DNA of 64,000 bases from assembly GCA_002104945.1 (NCBI GenBank), contig MCFH01000009.1, positions 682,001 to 746,000 on the forward strand. Direction: 5' to 3'. The notes below the pieces were generated by a model, which worked only from the letters and a program-made list of their open reading frames with translations, was not told the origin of the DNA and ran no database searches. Within the stretch, counting starts at the first letter, position 1; every line of letters starts with the position of its first letter. Position numbers and translations under genes: made by a program. Shown here piece after piece: positions 1 through 12,826 of this stretch. Source of the DNA: Piromyces finnis finn. Lineage: Eukaryota; Fungi; Neocallimastigomycota.

Positions 1-1
1 T

Positions 2-97
2 GATTTAAAAGAAAAATATAAAAATATAGAAAATGAATTAAATGCCTTAAAAAGAAAATATGAAATTCAAGATCAAAATAGACAAATTTTTTATTAA
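2..97 (+). CDS. 3' end of a coiled-coil-rich ORF running in from beyond the window
   Basis: Frame from 2 reads DLKEKYKNIENELNALKRKYEIQDQNRQIFY* (TAA at 95-97), with heptad-like spacing. The 5' part is not visible. Confidence 0.45.
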   Translation, partial: DLKEKYKNIENELNALKRKYEIQDQNRQIFY

Positions 98-402
98 AAA
101 AAAGTTTTTTATTTTTAACAAAAATTTATTGACTTTACGATATTAAAGATATTTATTTTTTTTTTAAAAAAAAAAAATAAAAATAAAGAGTGTTGATATT
201 TTTTTAATACAGTAATATAGTAAAAAAAATGTGATATAATGATATAATGATAATATAATGATTATAATAGGTTTAGTGCTATAATCATTAAAATAACAAA
301 GGATAAAAATAAAGAATAATAAAAATATATATATATAAAAGATACCTAACAATCGTTTGATATAAATATGAAAATTAATTAAGACAAGAAAATAAAAAGT
401 TT

Positions 403-584
403 AAATGAATAAAAAAAATTAGAAAATAATTAATGAGTACAAATAAAATATGACGAGTTAAAATGATTAAACTAAATTAAAATCAATTATAATAAATGAA
501 TAAAAAAAATTAGAAAATAATTAATGAGTACAAATAAAATATGACGAGTTAAAATGATTAAACTAAATTAAAATCAATTATAAT
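403..584. repeat. Exact tandem duplication of a 91-bp unit (2 copies)
   Basis: aaatgaataaaaaaaattagaaaataattaatgagtacaaataaaatatgacgagttaaaatg...caattataat starts at 403 and again at 494; the internal marker atgagtac is at 433 and 524. Confidence 0.9.
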
Positions 585-1136
585 AAAGTATTCTCAACAA
601 AAACAAAAGATGTCTATAACTTTAAAGAAACGAAACAAAATGTTTAATTCATCTACAGAAATAGAAAATTTTGAAAACCGAAATATTTCAATTGATATAT
701 CAACACTTCAATTATTATTTAAAAAGATATTTCGTAGTAAGAATAAAGATATATATTACTAAAAGATTTGTTTATTATTATATTTTTATTTTTATTTTTT
801 TTTTATTATTTTATTTTTGCAATTTTTATAAAATATATTTACATAAAATAATAATTATGTATTTTTTTTATATAAATATTTTAATTACATTTATATTATT
901 ATCAATTTGTATAATTAATATAAATCTGTAATTTTCATTCTATTTGAACTTTTTATTTATGCTTTATTACATAAATATAAATTTGAAATAATAATTTAAT
1001 TATATTCTATATTTTTGTTAAAAAAAAAAAAGCTTTTCTTAAAAAATTTTCAATTTTTTATAAAATTTCCTTCGTTTTTATTAAATTTTTTAAAACGTTT
1101 TTCTATAAGTATATATAAATATATGGATATTTATTT

Positions 1137-3509
1137 TTATTGACAAATACCATACTTAGCTTGGCAATTATTTGTACAGTGTGCATCAGAAGTACCACAG
1201 TAACCATATTGAGAACAACAACCAGATCTACATCTACCGTGACCTTCACCACACATACCATCAGTACTATATATCTTAGTGTAATCAACTGTTGATCCAG
1301 TGTTTCCAGTGTTTCCAGTGTTAGTAGAAGTAGAACCACATTTACCGAAACCAGATTGACAACCAGTACCACAATGGGCATCAGTTATTCCACAATAACC
1401 ATATTTTGAACAGCACTGGCCAGATGGACAACTGCCCTTGTTTGGACCACAGGTACCATCTGTAGATACTGGAAGTGTGGTTTTGGTTGAAGTAGTAGTT
1501 GTGGTCTTTTTAACTGTAGTGGTGGTTTTTCTAGTAGTGGTTTTAACAGTAGTAGTGGTTTTAACAGCAGTAGTTTTAACAGTAGTGGTTTTAGCAATAG
1601 TACTACCTGGGCAGTAACCAAATTCGGCTTGACAATTAGTACAGTATTCAGTTTCAGAACCACAGTAACCATATTTAGAACAGCATTGCTTATCTGGGCA
1701 TCTACCATAATCTGGTCCACATAATCCATTACGAGAAATATCTGAACCGTATGTTTCACTACCTAAATCAATGTTTAAGCCAAATTCTTTATTCATAGCC
1801 TTAGCACGTCTGTAAACCCATTCCTTTATACCATAACCAGCACCATGTCTAGAAGCAGTATTAATATTAGTTTCAAAGTCTTCCATAGTCCAATTTAATT
1901 GTGTGCCTGAACCTTTACGAAGTGGGTTTTTGTTGATAACTTCATAATTCCAAGCAATTTCATCACGGTGACGTTCAACTAAAGCGTCAATTCTTTTATT
2001 AAGAACTTTAGGGTTGAAGATTTTAACAACAATATTTTTAAGAATAGTTTCAAAACGTGCTCTGAGAGTTGCATTAGATAATAATTTATCAATAGCATAA
2101 CGTTGTGGAGCATCATATTCATCAAGACCCCATTCAATGTTAACAAAATCTTTGTAAGAACGATCAATAAAATCATCATAACGCATGTATGGCATACCAA
2201 GATTTAAACCAAAAGTACCATCCCAATCTTGACAAATGAAATAGTATTTATTGTTTTCTGTTGGATTATCATATACAGCAAAGTTTGTTGAGTATAACCA
2301 ATATGAATCCCAATGACCAGTGAGGATTTCCATAGCTATTCCTTTAAAGAAAGTATCAATATCAAACCAATTTTGTTCAAAACTCTTAACTTGAGAAGAA
2401 CTGTTAACATTTAAACTTTCAAATTGCTTGCAAAGATTTTTAATATTTGAGTTGTCATAACGATCACTATTGTATGGTTGGAAAGCATAAAAAGTGTTTC
2501 CAGTGTAATAGAAATCAGCACCAGTACTACAATCAAGTGGATGACCTAACTTATTAACATCAGTGATTAATAATTTACCGTTGTTATCCCCATGGAAAGT
2601 AGCACGAGCAAATGATTCACTGGCTGCTTCTTCTTGTAAAATATAGTAACCAACAGCTTTTTCATTAACATAAACTCTAGTTTTAATAGATTGAATGGTA
2701 GGATAACCGAGAGCATTTAAAATGTCACCATAGAGATCTTGACGTAAGAAAGTTGGATCTTCATTATTATCACGGAATTTTAAAGTATAACGACCTTCAA
2801 CACCGTCACCACTTAATTGAACCTTAAATTGGAATTTATTCCAAGATTTATTTTTTGGATAAGCTGGTATATTTTTAAAGGTTAAAATTGAATCTTTTAA
2901 AATGAAAACGATTCTTTCTAAATAATCAGCACTAGCTTTAGTAGAAGTGAACATTTTGTTACTTCTATCACCATAAATATGAACAGTTGGGATATAAGAA
3001 TCATCGAATAATTCACCCTTACCAATAGACTTGGTCCATTGATAAACCTGTGGTAATTGTGGTAAAGTCTTGACTGTATCTTTTCTACCAAGGAATTCAT
3101 TGTGTGTAGTAGTAGCTCCTTTAGCTAAGGTACGAGTAAAACCTTCTGAAACATTATCAACATAATAAGTGTAACTATGTTTTAAATTTTTTTTATTATA
3201 ATTATAATATTTTTTTTAATAATTTATTAATTAATTTTTTCGTTTTTTTAATATAAAATGAAATAAAATACTAATTATTAAACTGTAATTATTTTTTGAA
3301 AATATTTATATTTACGTTAATTCAGAATCAGATACTGTAAGAGTAGCTTGGTAAACTGGAGCATATGTACTGTATCTTTTTAAGTTGTATGATTTTGAAC
3401 CAATTTTAACTGATACATTTTGAGCGTTTAAAGCTATAAGTGAAAATTTTACACTTCTAGCAGCTGCTAAAGCAATAAAAGCTAATATTAAAAATAAGTT
3501 TTTGTACAT
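1137..3509 (-). CDS. cotH: Secreted CotH-family protein kinase with three C-terminal CBM18 (hevein-like chitin-binding) domains, copy 1; about 743 aa
   Basis: Exons 3509-3316 and 3174-1137 (GT-AG intron, total 2232 nt, in frame). Signal peptide MYKNLFLILAFIALAAA; CotH motifs [44 protein letters not shown]; three CGxxxGxCxxxxCCSxYGYCG modules separated by a Thr/Lys-rich linker. Confidence 0.92.
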
Positions 3510-5521
3510 TTTTTAAATTTCTATTTTTAAATTTTTATTTTTTATGTTTTTTTTCATATGTTACTATTTAATACAACATATATATAAATATATTTTTTAT
3601 TATTATTATTTTGTTTTTTTATTTTATATTTATTTATTTTTTTTTTTTTTAATTTTTTCTTTTTTACTTTTATTATTTTGTATCTTTATATTTTTTGGTA
3701 TATAAAGGTACAAAATTATAAAGCAACAATTGAAATAAAAAACTAAAAAAAATTAAGGAAAAAAGGATAACTTTATATATTCATTTCAATTCATACATTA
3801 AATATATTAAATAATGAATAAAAACTTCAATCATAATTATTATACAATAAAGTTTAATATTAAAAAAGAAATTAATATAATAAATGAATATTGGGAATAT
3901 AGAATATATTATATTATAATATATAATTTTCATTTATTAAAATATATAAGGTTTTTAATTTTCATATTCATTTTAATATACAACTTTTTTAATTTTTTTT
4001 AAAAAATAGTATTACTATTATAATATGAAAAATAATAAAAAAAAATTCATTTGTTAATTAAATTATTAAAAAATTTTTAATTTATTTCTAATTATATTAA
4101 TAATATATAAACTTTCTTTTTGAAAGATTGAAAAATATAGTAACAATATTATAAATAATTAAAAAAGAGCATTTTAATATATAATATTCTTTTTTAATAA
4201 TAAGATGATTTTCATTATAATAATAAATATTTTATTATTATCATTAGAAGTATCTAATAAAATGATTAAAATTCAACTGAAACTACCATTTTCAAGTGAA
4301 TTTTTTTAATACTCTTTCGTTCATTTCAAAAATTAAGGGTCATTGGCTATGTTCGTTTAACATTTCATTTCAATATCACAATAAATTTAAATTATTATAA
4401 AATTTATTTCAATATATTTTGTTATATTTTAATATATTGTTTAATATATTTCACAGTACTATTTATTTATTGTATTTAAATTAATTTAATAATATTGGTG
4501 TAAATTAAAATAGGCGCTGATAATATTTCCATATTGTTCAATAATATTGTTCTCTTTAATAACAATAAAATGTATCATGTTTAATATTAATTTTTATTCA
4601 ATGCTTTATATAAAAATATATGATTTTATTATATTATAATATATTTAGTTTAATATTAAATTCATATAGGAATCCATGAATGCCAATGATATTTTCAAGT
4701 TAAATATGTAGTACAAATCATTTATTAAATATAAAACCAAGTTTTAATTTTTAGGAAGAAAATTATACAATAAAATTAAATTAAATATATAAAATTTTAA
4801 TTATTATTAAAATTTAATTTTTTAATGAAATAATTAATTACATAGAAATATAATGAAAATATAATATAATAAAATTAATTATTATTTTTATATAAATATT
4901 TATAATGAAAATATAAAGTTAATAATAAACTTTAATTATAATTATTTAAAGAATCACTTAAAAAATTAATTTTTGAGGAAGGAGAAAAAAAGTAAAGATA
5001 TAAATAATAGTTCTCATAAACTTTATAATTCTACATGAAAAATATAAAATATATAATGGAATACTTATTACTTATTTTCTTTGTAATAACTTTTTATTTC
5101 TATAATCATATATTAATAAATTATCTTTTATAACAAACAAACAAAAACAATAATCCAAAAATTGTATTATTTTACTTATTTATTTCTTTATAGCTTTTTT
5201 TTTTTTTTTTTTTTTGAAATTATTTCTTTATAGCTTTTTGTTTTTTGGTTGTATTAATTTTATTTGTGTTCAGGGTACAAGGATTATTGTGTTCATATAA
5301 TATATTAAAGTAAAAACTGCTCTTTGAACACAAAAAAAAAAGACATCTTAATAATTTAACAATAATTAATTTATTATAAATTAAGTTTAAAAATTGGCCT
5401 AATTTTTAGATACAAAAATAAGCTCAAACTTTATTTTAAAAATATTAATATAAAAATATATCATTAGATTTGTTGTCTTTACAAAACATTATATATTTAG
5501 CTCTTTACTTTTCTTTTTTTT

Positions 5522-5552
<31 letters not shown>

Positions 5553-5855
5553 GAGCAATAAATTTTAAAAACTATAAAATAATTAATATATTAATAAATA
5601 AATTAATAGAATTAATTATATAATATATAAAAATAATTTTAAGTTTTATTTTAAAGATATTTATTTACAGTAATTAAAATACAATGAATTAAAATGAATT
5701 AATTATTATGTTTTATATATGAATATTATAAAAAAAAAAAATACTTAATTATATATTGTATATATAGTATAGAACTATTTTAAAATTGTATGCATATATG
5801 ATATATATATTAAAGAAAATTATAAAATCATTTTAATTCCAACTTTCTTTTCTTT

Positions 5856-8271
5856 CTACCAACAATGACCATAAGTAGATTGGCACCCAGTACCACAATA
5901 TGCAGATGAGGTACCACAATAACCATACTTTGAACAGCATAAATTACCTGGGCATATACCTTTTTCAGAACCACATGTGTAATCAGTAGAGATACTTAAA
6001 TATGAACGTGATGAAGAATCAGTAGTACATTTACCATACTCGGATTGACATCCAGAACCACAGTAAGCAGATGATGTACCACAGTAACCATACTTAGAAC
6101 AACATTGACCGTTTGGACATGCACCTTTACCAGAACCACAACTTCCATCATATGTTGAGTCAGTAGAACTTGAGTTTTCTGTAGTAATAGTTTCAGTTGT
6201 TGTACTACTATTAGATAATGAACAATAACCCCAAGCGGATTGACATCCAGAACCGCAATAGGAAGATGTAGATCCACAGTAACCATATTCAGAACAGCAT
6301 TCATCACTTGGACATCTACCATGACCTTCACCACATCTTCCATCGATAGATAATGATTCAAAAGCTTCACTATCGGATCCTAAATCAATATTCAAATTAA
6401 ATTCCTTATTCATAGCTTTAGCACGTTTATATACCCATTCCTTTATACCATAACTGGCACCATGTCTTGAACGAGTATTAATATTAGTGTCAAAATCTTT
6501 AATAGTCCAACCTAATTGTGAACCTGTAGCCTTTCGAAGTGGATAATTATTAATAGTATCATAATTCCAAGCAATTTCTTCACGATGACGGGCAACTAAT
6601 GCATCTAATCTTTTACCTATTTCAACTGGATTGAAAATATTAATTACAATATCCTTAAGAATTGTTTCAAAACGTGCTCTAAGAGTCTCATTAGATAATA
6701 ATTTATCAACAGCTATACGATGTGGAGCATCATATTCATCAAGTCCCCATTCAAGATTGACAAAGTCTTTGTATGAACGGTCAATAAAATCTTTATAACG
6801 CATGTATGGCATACCAAGATTTAAACCAAAAGTACCATCCCAATCTTGATCAATAAAGTAAAATTTGTTATTTTCAGTTGGATCATCGTAAAGAGCGTAA
6901 TTAGTAGAATATAACCAATAAGAATCCCAGTGACCAGTAAGAATTTCCATGGCAATAGCCTTGAAAAATGTATCAATATCAAACCAATTTTTTTCAAAAT
7001 CTTTAATTTCAGATAAATTGTTGACATTTAGTTTTTCAAAAGCTTTACTAAGTTCTTTAACTCTTGAGTTGTCATAACGATAACTATTATATGGTTGGAA
7101 AGCATAGAAATCATTACCATTATAATGAAAATCAGCACCAGTACTACAATCAAGAGGATGACCTAATTTATTAACATCAGTAATTAATAATTTACCGTTG
7201 TTATCCCCATGGAAAGTAGCACGAACAAATGATTCACTGGCTGCTTCTTCTTGTAAAATATAGTAACCAACAGCTTTTTCATTAACATAAACTCTAGTTT
7301 TAACAGATTGAATAGTAGGATAACCAAGAGCATTTAAAATATCACCATAGAGATCTTGACGCATAAATGTTGGATCTTCATTATTATCACGGAATTTTAA
7401 AATATACCTTCCTTCAATTCCATTATTATTTAATCTGACTTTAAATTGCATTTTATCCCAATATTTGTTTTTTGGATCACATTGAACATTCTATAATTAT
7501 TAATTAATATATATATAGGTTATTAATTTTTAAAATTCTTTTTTTTTTTTTTTTTCTAGTAAATATATAAATAATTACTTCAAAAGTGTAAATATTATCT
7601 TTTAAGATAAAAACAATTTTTTCTAATTTATCAGGATTTGCTTCAGTAGTAGTGAAAATGGTTTCACTTCTATCACCATAAATATGTACAGTTGGAATAT
7701 ATGAATCATCAAATAATTCACCTTTACCAATAGATTTAGACCAATTATAAACTTGTTTAAATTGAGGAATTTCTTTTATTGTATATTTTCTACCAAAGAA
7801 TTCATTATGAGTTTTATCAACATTTTCTTCTAATACACGACTAAAGTTTTCAGAAATACCATCAACAACATATTTGTATCTAGCAATTTGAATATTAAAG
7901 TAGATAATTATGAAGAAATGAATAAAAATTAATATTTATTGCATCTATGTCACAAATTATATAATTTTTTAAAAAAAATAGATTTTTTTTTTTGAATTTT
8001 TCAATAATTTTATTATTATTAACCACTTTAAAATTAAATATTAAAATTTTATTAATTGGCTATAAATAAAAACGTACGAAACATTGGTATCATCAATAGA
8101 AATAACTGATTGATATACTGGGGCATAAGAACTATATTTCTCTAAAGTGTAATATTTTTCATTTATCTTTACACTGACAGATGAACCGAAAGCAACCACC
8201 GAAAATTTAACGTTTCTGGAAGCTACTATGGTAATTAGTAGAGAAAATATTGATAAAAAGTTTTTAATCAT
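5856..8271 (-). CDS. cotH: Secreted CotH-family kinase with three CBM18 domains, copy 2 (tandem paralog); about 709 aa
   Basis: Exons 8271-8078, 7879-7579 and 7490-5856 (2130 nt, in frame, GT-AG). Signal peptide [18 protein letters not shown]; same kinase motifs ([21 protein letters not shown]); three CCSxYGYCG chitin-binding modules. Confidence 0.92.
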
Positions 8272-8602
8272 ATTTTGATTTAATAATCGATTATTTTTAA
8301 TATATTTTTAAATTTTTATATTTAATAATAATAAAATAAAACAAAACAAAATCAAAAAAAAAAAAAAAAAAAAAAGAAATAATCTAGTTCTTTTATATTT
8401 ATTATTAATAAGAAAAAATATTTTAAAAAATATAATTATTAATTATAGTTTATTATATAAAAAAATAAGTACGTATGATTAGAAAATATAGAAATATTAA
8501 GATAATTTTAATGTAAAACCGAAGTTACATTTTAAACTTTATAAAGATTTTTAAATTGATATAATTAATAAATAGTAAGATGTAATATAAAAAGGCGTCG
8601 AA

Positions 8603-8698
<96 letters not shown>
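8603..8698. repeat. (AAT)n microsatellite, about 32 units, intergenic
   Basis: Direct reading. Confidence 0.95.
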
Positions 8699-9498
8699 TA
8701 GTATAATAGTAGATTTGAAAATTAAATTACCTTCAAAAGCTTAATTTATCAATTTCTCTTAATTAATTTTTATATTAAGGGTTAAAGAAATCGCATTTCT
8801 AATTAATAATATTTATAATTTCCTTTTTATCTTTTAACTTCCTTTGTATTTTTAATTTCCTTTTGAACTTTTGATCTTTCCTTTTAATTTTTAATACCTT
8901 TAAGATTTTTTTTATTTTAATTTTAAATTATGAATATTTTTTATAAAAACAAAAATAAAAATAAAAAAAAAAAGGCATAACAAATTTTATTTTTTTTTTT
9001 TTTTTTAAAAAAAAGGAAAAAGGTTTATATAGATTATTATTAAAATATTAAACTACAACATAATAAACTTAATAGGATATATATTGAAATATAAATTCTT
9101 TTTGATAATAGATAAAGTTTTCAGTATATTTTAAATTTATTTATTAATGTATAATAAAATAATACTATAAAAAAAAATAATAAAAAAAAAGAAAGAAGAG
9201 AAAAAAATTAATATATATATAAATATATTTAATGCATAAAGAATAGGAATGTCTTGATATATATTCATTGATTTTTATTCTATCAGCTCAACAAATTAAA
9301 AATAAGAAAAATAATTGAAATAAAAATAAATATTTAAACTATATACCCTTATATTTTATTATTAATAAAATTTAATGAAGAAATAAATATATTCTATTTT
9401 TTATTTTAATAATTTATTATATGATATAAAAAATATTCAATAGGGATATTATATTCATTTATTTATTTACTAATATAAATGTAGAGTTATTTGGTTTT

Positions 9499-11020
9499 CT
9501 AATTTCTTTGTAAAGTTGATTCTAATAATTCTCTTAAACTGTCAGTACGCTCTATAGCACTACTCATACAATCCTGTATTAATTCTGAAGAAAGTGGAAT
9601 ACCACCAAGTTTTGATATACCACATAACTTATGTTCTTCATTATATATGAAAGTAATTGAAGTACTTGAAAGATTTTCTTCTTCTTCATTTGGATCAGCT
9701 AAAACATATTTACTAAATAAATATTTTTATATTAAATTTAAATATATATATATATACATAAAGAAATTTAGTATATAAAGGTCTTTCAATCTTTTAATAT
9801 TTAATTAATTTAAAAACATACTCATCAAATACGACATATGTAGCAGATAATGGGATTGATAATAATTCTAAAGATATTGTCTTCTCTTTGGAAGCCTCAG
9901 CTTTTCCTTCTTCTTCAATAAAAGTGACTTCTGGAAGTTTTACTTTTTAAATTTATTATATTTTAAAAAAATTTTTTTATAAATATTTATTAATTTTTGT
10001 TAATTATATTACATTGCTCATTGGCCTTGTATGAAAAAAAAAAAAAAAAAATACATAATAATACATACAACTTTTTAAAGCGGATATTATTGAGTATAAA
10101 GCAGCATCGAATATATTACCATCATAAGATAAACAAATAACATCTATATATAATACCCATACAGCATTTTTTTCAGATATACAGAGCTTATCTAAATCAA
10201 TAATTTTACATCTAATTTTTAAAGTTTATATATGCAATATGTATAAAATGTGGAAATTTAAAGATTTATATTTTAATTTATGTACTGTTATACATTCGAA
10301 ATTTTAATATTATTAAAAAAATTTAATTATATTAAAATATTACTGTTTAAATAATTTATCAATTCTTTCACTAATAGATTGAGCTAATTCTCCTGGTGGT
10401 CCTGGTTTAAAAATTGAAGAGCATATAGGTGATAATTCAACATTTGGTACTTTTAAATTTTAATAAAAATATAATTTATTTTGAAATTTGATTGTAATTC
10501 AATTTTGATTTCGAAATTTTGGGATTGTATAAAAATTAAATTATTGAAATATAAAATAATAATAATAAAATGAATGAATAAAATAAAAAATAATTAAATA
10601 TTAATAAAATTATTTATTTTCTATTCTACAATAAATATAAATGAGTAAATAAAATATAATCTATATATGTAATAGTAATATAAACTGTATATTTTTTATA
10701 TATTTTACCAATGTATCCTTTTCTTGGATCATCAACTCTTGGTTCGGCAACTTCTGCTTTAATACCACAAACGACTGAGGTTTTACCCATTTTTAGTACA
10801 CATGAACCTTCAGCACTTTTTAATGAATCTATTTAAAATCATACAGAATAATACATTTTATTTTATTTATAATGGTAATAGTATATATTTTTTTAAAAAA
10901 ATAATAAAATAAAATATAATAAATTATATTTTATAACACAATTAATTTTTTAATAGATAGCAATTTAAATTTTAATTATATATTAACAATCTTTGTTTTG
11001 TAACAATGATAACATTGACA

Positions 11021-11096
<76 letters not shown>

Positions 11097-11255
11097 CTTA
11101 CTTAAATTAATAGAAGTTTTTCTAAACTTTTTTAATAGTCTTCCATCTGGTCTAATGTTATTTGTTAAAAATTTTCTGTAAAATTCTTTCGGATGTAATT
11201 TAGCAAAAGTATTAGCATCTAATACAAAAGAATCTTTATTTGATACTTCATTCAT
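9499..11255 (-). CDS. RRP43: Exosome complex RNase PH-like subunit Rrp43/EXOSC8 (multi-exon)
   Basis: Spliced segments: KLHPKEFYRKFLTNNIRPDGR, SAEGSCTVKMGKTSVVCGIKAEVAEP, VPNVELSPICSSIFKPGPPGELAQ, WVLYIDVICLSYDGNIFDAA, YVLADPNEEEENLS, stop TAG at 9501-9499. Confidence 0.9.
11025..11093. repeat. (AAT)n microsatellite inside RRP43 intron 1
   Basis: Lies just after the GTAAGT donor at 11101 on the minus strand. Confidence 0.9.
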
Positions 11256-11605
11256 TTTAAATTTCAAATTATTAAATTTTAAAAATCTGCTTGTATGTAT
11301 GTATGTATATGTATATTGATATTTATTAATTATAAAGTTTCTGTATATAGATTATCCAAAAAAAAAAGACACTTTTTAAATATAACTTTAAATTTAAAAT
11401 AAAATTTTTTAAATAGAAAAATAATTTATTTAAATTAATTTTTATTGATTTATTTTTTTTTAAAAAAAAAATAAAATCAGCAAATCATAAAATAAAAAAA
11501 ATTAATCTATTATATAATTTCATAAATAAATGGCTATCATATGATATGTATATTTTTTTTAAAATTTTATTCATTATAATAAAACTAAATTGAGAGGAAT
11601 GTGTA

Positions 11606-11640
<35 letters not shown>

Positions 11641-12826
11641 ATACATTAAATTTTATTTGATGAAAGATTATTATAACATTTTCTTAATAAATAGTATAAT
11701 AAAAAAAGTTTTTTTTTTTTCTAAATATTATAAAATAGACAATATATAATAAATAATAAATATAATTGTCTATTCTGTTTTCTTTTTTTTTTTATTCTCA
11801 ATTTAATGGCAAAAAAAAAAAAAAAAAACTATAAAAGAACACAAATGGATGATTAATAAAATAAAGAAATGTCACATTTATACTTGATTATAATAATATA
11901 ATAATACTTGACTTTCAATGTATTATTGAATTGAAAGAAAATATTATGAGATATGTAAAAATGTTTCAATTCCTTCAAAAATGTCTGGTTTATTCTGACA
12001 AAGTTTTTCTTATTTTTTAAATTATTATTTTAAGAAGGTCACTCTATAGAGTATAATAATTATATGACTTCTAATGATGACTGACTGCCTTACATATCTA
12101 ATTTTAAATAATTACACATCTTATATATACTCAAGATTAAATTGTTATTTAGATCAATTGTCTTAAAATAAAATCATTACTCCTAGATATTTTCTTTCTC
12201 TTTTATATATAAAGTTTTTTTTTTTTTTTATTTTTATTTTTATTTTATATTTTATTCATATTGTATATATATAATTTTTATAATAAATTATATATATATA
12301 ATATCTATATATTTTTATAATTATTTTAAATGTTTATATTATTACTAAATATCATTTTAATAATTATTATTATCAATATGTTATTGTTATTTTTATATAT
12401 TTTTAATTTTTAACAACTAAAAATAAAACTATTTTTCAGCTCTATTTAATATATATCTAATTTATAATTTTATTTTAATTAGCATTGTATATAATGTATT
12501 AATGTATTATAAAGGCTTAAAAAAATAAAAAAGGTATTAAATTTACTCACTTTTATTTTTTCTCCTTTTTTACATAAACTTTTTATATTTTTTTAGTATC
12601 TATAATTTTTAAATATTTTATATTTTATAATATAAATATATATTTATCTTTTTAATATTTATTTATACCTTTTTTTTTTTTTTAATTCACTAATCTATAG
12701 TTAATTAAAAGTTGTAATAATTATATTGATTTAATTTATTTTATAATTTGCTGTCAATATAGTTTATGTATTCTTTTTTTAATGATTTTTTAGTTTTATT
12801 TTGATACTATATTTATTATTTTAATA

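Noticed and set aside
610-762. 50-aa plus-strand ORF MSITLKKRNKMFNSSTEIENFENRN...
   Set aside because: Short, with no recognisable motif; it cannot be distinguished from chance without expression data.
164-931. Hydrophobic F/I/Y-rich ORFs (164-352, 671-931; similarly 3814-4002, 25333-25551, 28193-28405, 34328-34540, 37361-37573, 40575-40757)
   Set aside because: Expected by-products of AT-rich noncoding DNA, with no motifs or splice support.
1103-2200. Track ORFs 1103-1381, 1385-1759, 1979-2200 (also 5996-6370 and 6821-7027)
   Set aside because: Alternative-frame shadows of the CotH-CBM18 coding sequences.
4200-4700. GC-richer patches between the CotH genes (for example minus-strand ENNIIEQYGNIISAYFNLHQYY)
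   Set aside because: Stops in all frames and no family resemblance; at most a decayed relic.
5182-5331. Short direct repeat (ttatttctttatagcttttt x2) and tgtgttca/tgaacaca inverted words
   Set aside because: Too short to call a MITE; no clear target-site duplication.
10993-11181. Poly-Ile, poly-Tyr and FIYL-repeat ORFs (also 22515-22796, 31740-31976, 41708-42165)
   Set aside because: Translations of microsatellites or antisense frames of Asn-rich coding DNA.
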